64,000 nucleotides of DNA. Origin: an uncultured Gemmatimonadaceae bacterium. GTDB lineage: Bacteria > Gemmatimonadota > Gemmatimonadetes > Gemmatimonadales > Gemmatimonadaceae. The position numbers and the translations under genes were made by a program. Shown one piece after another: positions 59,025-64,000 of the stretch; the first letter of the stretch is position 1, and every line of letters begins with the position of its first letter. The stretch is taken from assembly GCA_963790305.1 (NCBI GenBank), contig CAWBOC010000005.1:320001-384000 (forward strand), written 5' to 3'. The notes beneath the pieces were generated by a model. The model searched no databases and was not told the DNA's origin. It saw nothing but the letters and a program-made list of their open reading frames with translations.

Positions 59025-59196
59025 GGGGAACGGTCGGTCGACGGCTGAATACCACCGTCAGTCGCGTCGTGCCTTGCGCGATCATGGCAGGCTCCCACCC
59101 GCCACGGCTGCGCTCATTGAGGAGATCGGTGAGGGCATCCTCATCCTCCTGCATGTGCCGCGTGAGCTTGAGGATGACCGCCTGATATTCGTTCAT
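59014..59196 (-). CDS. Small DUF4177-like protein (60 aa)
   Basis: MNEYQAVIL...LTDLLNERSRGGWE...VVFSR pattern; the ORF-track extension upstream is antisense to upp. Confidence 0.65.
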   Translation of the reverse strand: MNEYQAVILKLTRHMQEDEDALTDLLNERSRGGWEPAMIAQGTTRLTVVFSRRPTVPPNE

Positions 59197-59298
59197 GGCC
59201 GGGAAGCTACTTCCGGCGCCGGGTAGCGGGTAGACCGCGCCGTCGGCCATAATGGGATAACTCCCGAAGGCTCTCGTTTGGCAATCCTGGCTCTCGCA

Positions 59299-59946
59299 AT
59301 GGACACTGCGCCCGCGTTTCCCACCCTTTCTATCACGCGGCATCCGCTCATTCAGCACAAGCTGACGATCCTCCGTGACCGGCGGACGCCGACGAAGATC
59401 TTCAAGGAGCTCGTCGATGAGATTGCCATGCTGATGGCCTACGAGGCGACGAGTGGCCTTCAGCTCGAAGCGGTCCCCGTCGAAACGCCCCTCGAGCCCG
59501 CGACAGGATGGCAAGTGAGCGGAAAAAAGCTCACGCTCGTGCCGATTCTTCGCGCGGGGCTTGGGATGGTCGAGGGGATCTTGCGTCTCGTGCCTGGGGC
59601 GCGCGTTGGGCACATCGGTCTCTACCGTGATCACGACACCCTGGAGCCGGTCGACTATTACTTCAAGGTCCCCAGCGACGCCGCAGAGCGTGATTTTTTC
59701 GTTCTCGACCCCATGCTCGCCACCGGCGGCAGCGCCGCGGCGGCGGTGACCTCACTCAAAAGGGCAGGCGCGACGAGAATTCGCTTTCTCTGTCTCGTGG
59801 CCGCACCCGAGGGCGTGAAGCGACTCGCGAAGACACACCCTGACGTGCCCGTCTACTGCGCTGCGCTCGATCGCGAGCTCAACACGCACGGGTACATCCT
59901 GCCAGGCCTTGGGGACGCGGGCGACCGTCTTTTTGGGACGCGCTAG
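59299..59946 (+). CDS. upp: Uracil phosphoribosyltransferase
   Basis: [44 protein letters not shown]. Confidence 0.97.
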   Translation: MDTAPAFPTLSITRHPLIQHKLTILRDRRTPTKIFKELVDEIAMLMAYEATSGLQLEAVPVETPLEPATGWQVSGKKLTLVPILRAGLGMVEGILRLVPGARVGHIGLYRDHDTLEPVDYYFKVPSDAAERDFFVLDPMLATGGSAAAAVTSLKRAGATRIRFLCLVAAPEGVKRLAKTHPDVPVYCAALDRELNTHGYILPGLGDAGDRLFGTR

Positions 59947-59963
59947 AACGGGAGGAGAGAAGA

Positions 59964-60045
59964 CGTCGGGCTGGGGAGGCGAGAAGACCCGGTAGCGAGA
60001 TCCACCTGCGAGGTAACGTGCTCTCTCCTCGCTCCCAGCCCGACG
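59964..60045. terminator. Long inverted repeat between convergent genes
   Basis: CGTCGGGCTGGG ... CCCAGCCCGACG with further imperfect inner pairing. Confidence 0.55.
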
Positions 60046-60061
60046 CGTATTGCGGCCTGGA

Positions 60062-60715
60062 TCAGCCGAACCACTCGCGTGGATAGTCGCGCTGCTGCCG
60101 CGCAGCGTCGAGAATCCACTGCTGCGTCTCGGCATTCGTAAGCTCATTGCTCACGCGGTCGAACCACTCGTTCGCCTGCGCGTTGTCGCCGACACGCCGC
60201 CACAGCTCGCCGACGAGATAGGTCAGGACTGCGCGCTCATCGCGATCCACGCCATCGTACGTCGACAGTGCCTTCTCGAACATCCACGCTGCCTGACGAC
60301 GGAAATAGCGTTCCGCTTCGATGTCGCCTTCGTCGACGCAGCACCACGCGGCACGCAGCAGCAGGTCGGCAACCCGACGTGGTTCCGATCCCTGCCAGAG
60401 GGCAACCTTGGCGGCGAACTCGTATTTGTCGGATCCGCCAACGGGTCCTGACGAGAGCTTGGGCGCCAGCTCATCCCACACGTGTTCCTTTAGAATTGGG
60501 CTGACGTCGGTCTCCTCGGTGAAGTCCCGCTCACTTCCCGAGTACCCACACCGCGAGCATGTGTGGATGAAGAACGGCAGCGGCTGTGCGCCAGCCGCCC
60601 GCTCATGAAAATCGGTGCGTTTTCCACCAAATGAATTGGTGGAGATGACGGCCTGTGAATTGAACCGATTGTAGCAAATCGGACAGGCTAGCTCTATTTG
60701 TCGCAGCGTTGTCAT
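60062..60715 (-). CDS. DUF2225-like zinc-ribbon/helical protein
   Basis: CPIC, CSRCGYS, LRAAW, YLVGELWRRVG. Confidence 0.8.
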   Translation of the reverse strand: MTTLRQIELACPICYNRFNSQAVISTNSFGGKRTDFHERAAGAQPLPFFIHTCSRCGYSGSERDFTEETDVSPILKEHVWDELAPKLSSGPVGGSDKYEFAAKVALWQGSEPRRVADLLLRAAWCCVDEGDIEAERYFRRQAAWMFEKALSTYDGVDRDERAVLTYLVGELWRRVGDNAQANEWFDRVSNELTNAETQQWILDAARQQRDYPREWFG

Positions 60716-60868
60716 TTGGCCTCTGGCCTCTCGCTAACCCCCGCTGCGGCCTGTATTGAAAATCGCGTGCCACGGCAACTGTTCCCCTTGTTGGTGTCGA
60801 CAGGGGCTGGTATCTTGCCGCCCGGTTGACCCTCCCTCCGCCGACAGCTTTCCCGCGTTCCGGCACTG

Positions 60869-61816
60869 ATGCTGATCAATCTGCTGCCTGACTTTTTCGC
60901 GGTGCTGAGCGCCAGCGATCGCGTGGCCGCGTACCAGCACTATTACTCCACGCATCGCAGAATTCTCGAGCCGTATTGGCACAACTACGTCATCGATCCG
61001 GAAGGACCGCATTTCCTCGATGTCGTTCGATCGACGGTCCACGCCGACCGTGACGACCTCCGAACCATGTTGGAGCGCACGGACGTCGAGGCGCTCGCCC
61101 GTGAGGCCGAGGCCCGGTGCACCAAGCTCCTCGCGATAGACGTCGAGATCGACACGGTGCTCATGGTCGGTGTCGGGGCTGCGAATGCCGGAGAGCTCGT
61201 CACCGAAAATCGCGGAATTGCCTTCGTGTGCCTCGAGCATTTCACCAGCACCCAGAATCCGGACACGCAGGGGCTTGGGCTGGATCCGGAGGTCATTCCA
61301 CTCTGGCTCGCCCACGAAATCGCGCATTGTGTTCGGTACACCTCACCAAGTAGCCGAAGTGAGATGAAGGCACTCATCGATGACGTGAACGGCTACTACT
61401 CGTACTGGGAGACCGGCCGGCGTGCGACGCTGCGAGAGCTCGTGCTCAATGAGGGGCTCGCCGTCGAAACCGCCCGAGCCATCAGCCCGGGGCATGCCGA
61501 ATGGGAATACTTCGGGTACGCACGCCGCCAGTACGCTCGAGTTCGCGAGATGGAGCCCCTCCTCGTACGTGCCATCGCCGAGGATCTCGATCGAACCGGC
61601 CTGGGGCTGCGGCTGAAGTACCTCTCGGGCGGGATGAGTGATAGCGCTCGCGCCCTCGACGATCGGCACGTCATCCCGGAACGCGCCGGATACTACCTCG
61701 GCGCTCGAATGGTGGAGCCGGCAATCGCCGCACGGGGGCTTGAGTGGGCAGTGCGGGCAAGTGCGCGCGAGCTCGGCGAATCCAGCCGGAGCATGATTGC
61801 GGGCGCCAGTGCCTGA
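60869..61816 (+). CDS. Putative Zn-dependent protease (DUF2268-like)
   Basis: AHEIAHCVR, LNEGLA, RAGYYLG..MV. Confidence 0.7.
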   Translation: MLINLLPDFFAVLSASDRVAAYQHYYSTHRRILEPYWHNYVIDPEGPHFLDVVRSTVHADRDDLRTMLERTDVEALAREAEARCTKLLAIDVEIDTVLMVGVGAANAGELVTENRGIAFVCLEHFTSTQNPDTQGLGLDPEVIPLWLAHEIAHCVRYTSPSSRSEMKALIDDVNGYYSYWETGRRATLRELVLNEGLAVETARAISPGHAEWEYFGYARRQYARVREMEPLLVRAIAEDLDRTGLGLRLKYLSGGMSDSARALDDRHVIPERAGYYLGARMVEPAIAARGLEWAVRASARELGESSRSMIAGASA

Positions 61817-61838
61817 CTCAGGCGCCTAACGGCGGCCG

Positions 61839-63212
61839 CTACTTGCCGACACAGAACGTCGAGAAGACGCGTCCCAGAACGTCCTCGACATCAATCGATC
61901 CGATCAGCTCGGCGAGGTGATGGGCCGCCTCGCGCAGATGAATGGCAGCCACCGAGCTTGGCGGATCGTTCATTTCCCATGCGTCACGGAATGCGGAGAG
62001 TTCAACTCGAGCCGAGTTGACTGCGTCACGATGCCGTTGCCGTGTCAACAGAGGCGTCTCGCTCCCGCTCGTCCCAAATCGTTCCGACAGCTGTGCCGAG
62101 ACATGCTCTGCCAGCAGATCGAGCCCTGCTCCTGTCAACGCACTTGCGCGAATGGCATGCTTCGGCCCAGCGGAGATCGCTGCGACGTGTAGATCCGCCT
62201 TGGTCAGCACAGGTATCATGACGGTGGAAGCAACGGTCTCGGCACGCTCGATGAGCGTCTCGAGCTCGCGAGAGTGCTCCGCACAGAGCAGCACAACATC
62301 GGCATCGGCGAGATAGCGCTCGCTGATCTCGATTCCTAGCCGCTCGACGACATCGGTCGATTCCCGCAGGCCGGCGGTGTCTACGAGGCGAACTGGCCAA
62401 CCCTGCAGCTCGATCACAGCCTCGATTGCATCACGCGTCGTTCCAGCAATGTCCGTCACGATCGCCCGATCACGACCAACGAGCGCGTTGAATAGCGAAG
62501 ACTTGCCAGCATTCGGCGCGCCCCCAATGACGACCAGCGCGCCTTCGCGAAGCATCTCCCCTGTTTCGCCTGTGGCAAGAAGCTCATCGAGCGCCTTGAT
62601 CGTCCGCATCAGCACCGCCGTGACTCGACGTCGGTCAACGGACCCTTCGTCCTCCTCGGGAAAGTCAATGTCGTAGGCAATGAGCGCTTCGAGTTCGAGA
62701 ACGGTATTTCGAAGCTCCGCGGCACGGCGGGAAAGGCTACCTTCGAGTTGCCCAAGCGCAGCGCGATGCGCCATCCGCGAACGCGCATCGATGAGGTCGG
62801 CGACTGCCTCGGCCTGCAGCAAGTCCATGCGGCCGTTGGCCACTGCGCGACGAGTGAACTCCCCAGGTAGCGCCTGCCGTGCACCAGCAGCAATGAGAGC
62901 GCCCAGAACGAGGGAGGGAACAATCGCACCACCATGGACCGAGATCTCGACGACATCCTCGCCGGTATAGCTGTGAGGATGGCGGAACAGAGTAACGAGC
63001 GCCTCATCGAGAAGGGTGTCTTCAGTCGGGTGCCGAACTGAGACGAGATGAGCTACTCGTGGTGTGTTCCTGTCGAAGCCGGGAATGACACGGCTTGCAA
63101 TGTCCATTGCCTGTGGTCCACTCAGGCGTACGAGCGCAATTGCACCTCGTCCCGGTGCCGTCGCAATCGCGGCAATTGTGTCGTCCGCGCCGGGAAGGGC
63201 TGACCTACTCAC
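61839..63212 (-). CDS. mnmE: tRNA modification GTPase MnmE
   Basis: DTIAAIAT, SYTGED, GEFTRRA, GAPNAGKSS, GTTRD, DTAG, FCVGK terminus. Confidence 0.97.
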   Translation of the reverse strand: MSRSALPGADDTIAAIATAPGRGAIALVRLSGPQAMDIASRVIPGFDRNTPRVAHLVSVRHPTEDTLLDEALVTLFRHPHSYTGEDVVEISVHGGAIVPSLVLGALIAAGARQALPGEFTRRAVANGRMDLLQAEAVADLIDARSRMAHRAALGQLEGSLSRRAAELRNTVLELEALIAYDIDFPEEDEGSVDRRRVTAVLMRTIKALDELLATGETGEMLREGALVVIGGAPNAGKSSLFNALVGRDRAIVTDIAGTTRDAIEAVIELQGWPVRLVDTAGLRESTDVVERLGIEISERYLADADVVLLCAEHSRELETLIERAETVASTVMIPVLTKADLHVAAISAGPKHAIRASALTGAGLDLLAEHVSAQLSERFGTSGSETPLLTRQRHRDAVNSARVELSAFRDAWEMNDPPSSVAAIHLREAAHHLAELIGSIDVEDVLGRVFSTFCVGK

Positions 63213-63218
63213 AATGCC

Positions 63219-64000
63219 TCAGGGAAGAGTGAGCGTCTCGCCTGGTTCGAGGATGCGCACGCGCTGACGATGCTCGTAGCCCGGAAGTCGCGCCCGTAAC
63301 CGATCGATCGCGTCGAAGGCGCTTGCGCTGACGTGGTGGAACGTCCCCCAGTGGAAGGGGACAAAGTGCCGTGCTTGCGTTCGCTCGAAGAGGCTCAATG
63401 CATCAGCAGAAGTGAGGTGCCCTCGCCGAAATCCGGGTTTCCACCATGGCGCGTGACCAATGGGCAGGAGCGCCACGTCAAGCTGTCGGCCTCGCTCTGT
63501 CACATGCTCATGGACCACCCGGTCCGTGTGCTCTGTAAGAGCCGTGTCACCGGTGAAGAAAACGGTGTGCTGTTTTGTCAGGAGCAGGTACATGTTTGCC
63601 GCAGAACGCCAGCGGTCGATACCGTAACGGCTCCCATAGTGCTTGGCTGGCGCTGCCCGAATAGTTAGGCCGCCGACTGTGACACTCTCCTCCGGCGCCA
63701 GAGGCTCGGCATGACCGTAGCCGCGGCGAGCAAGCCAGCGTGCGACGGCTGGCGGGCTATAGAGCGGGATGTCCTGAGGGAGTGCATCGAGGCACGCAAA
63801 TGAGAGATGATCTGCATGAGCGTGGGTCAAGAGAAGTGCATCGATGGCCGGTAGGTCCCCGATCGAAATGCCAGGCGCGCTCACCCTGGGCAGAAAACGG
63901 CCGAGCCGGCCCCCAAAGTGAGGATCGGTCAGCACCCGCACGCCACCGAGCTCTAGTAGAAGTGTTGCGTGCCCAATGTAGGTAATACGAAGCGGCGGCA
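63219..64000 (-). CDS. Metallo-beta-lactamase fold hydrolase (UlaG/NAPE-PLD-like); start at or beyond the window edge
   Basis: ITYIGHAT, LTDP, THAHADHL, FTGDT, LLPIG, PFHWGTF. Confidence 0.88.
   Translation of the reverse strand, partial: PPLRITYIGHATLLLELGGVRVLTDPHFGGRLGRFLPRVSAPGISIGDLPAIDALLLTHAHADHLSFACLDALPQDIPLYSPPAVARWLARRGYGHAEPLAPEESVTVGGLTIRAAPAKHYGSRYGIDRWRSAANMYLLLTKQHTVFFTGDTALTEHTDRVVHEHVTERGRQLDVALLPIGHAPWWKPGFRRGHLTSADALSLFERTQARHFVPFHWGTFHHVSASAFDAIDRLRARLPGYEHRQRVRILEPGETLTLP

Noticed and set aside
40770..61830. Additional attC sites at GCCTAAC/GTTAGGC near 40773, 49423, 51585 and 61824
   Set aside because: Isolated 7-mers at or near gene ends, without the paired inverse core or hairpin.

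Overview
GC-rich, gene-dense chromosomal window with about 57 CDS and one tRNA-Phe(GAA). The gene repertoire (Oar-type TonB receptor, PadR plus duplicated ABC permease, Ser/Thr kinase-TPR, many lipoproteins) suggests a Gemmatimonadota-like soil or sediment bacterium; this is an inference. Core genes present: mutS, holA, ddl, upp, mnmE, cystathionine beta-synthase, ECF sigma/anti-sigma. Envelope and proteolysis genes are abundant (Slt, S41+TPR, rhomboid, two M16 pairs, two HExxH proteins, two TonB receptors). I saw no integrase, transposase, CRISPR array or rRNA. Main observations: (1) all seven frameshifts are single-base insertions, and six can be repaired at the same motif AGA(A)TG/CAT(T)CT, suggesting a motif-specific sequencing error and possibly an underlying DNA modification; (2) a cysteine-free QueE-like pseudoenzyme is translationally coupled to ddl; (3) a YncD/PqqU-like receptor follows an exported M16 protease pair, with a paralogous cytoplasmic pair and a QueD-like/PCD pterin pair nearby; (4) a family of heptamer-built inverted repeats, two of which enclose start codons; (5) a structured, terminated, gene-free ~350-nt unit at 27.5-27.9 kb; (6) an ArsR gene bracketed by two operator copies; (7) a possible relic integron cassette. 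All calls come from motif recognition by eye; no searches were run.
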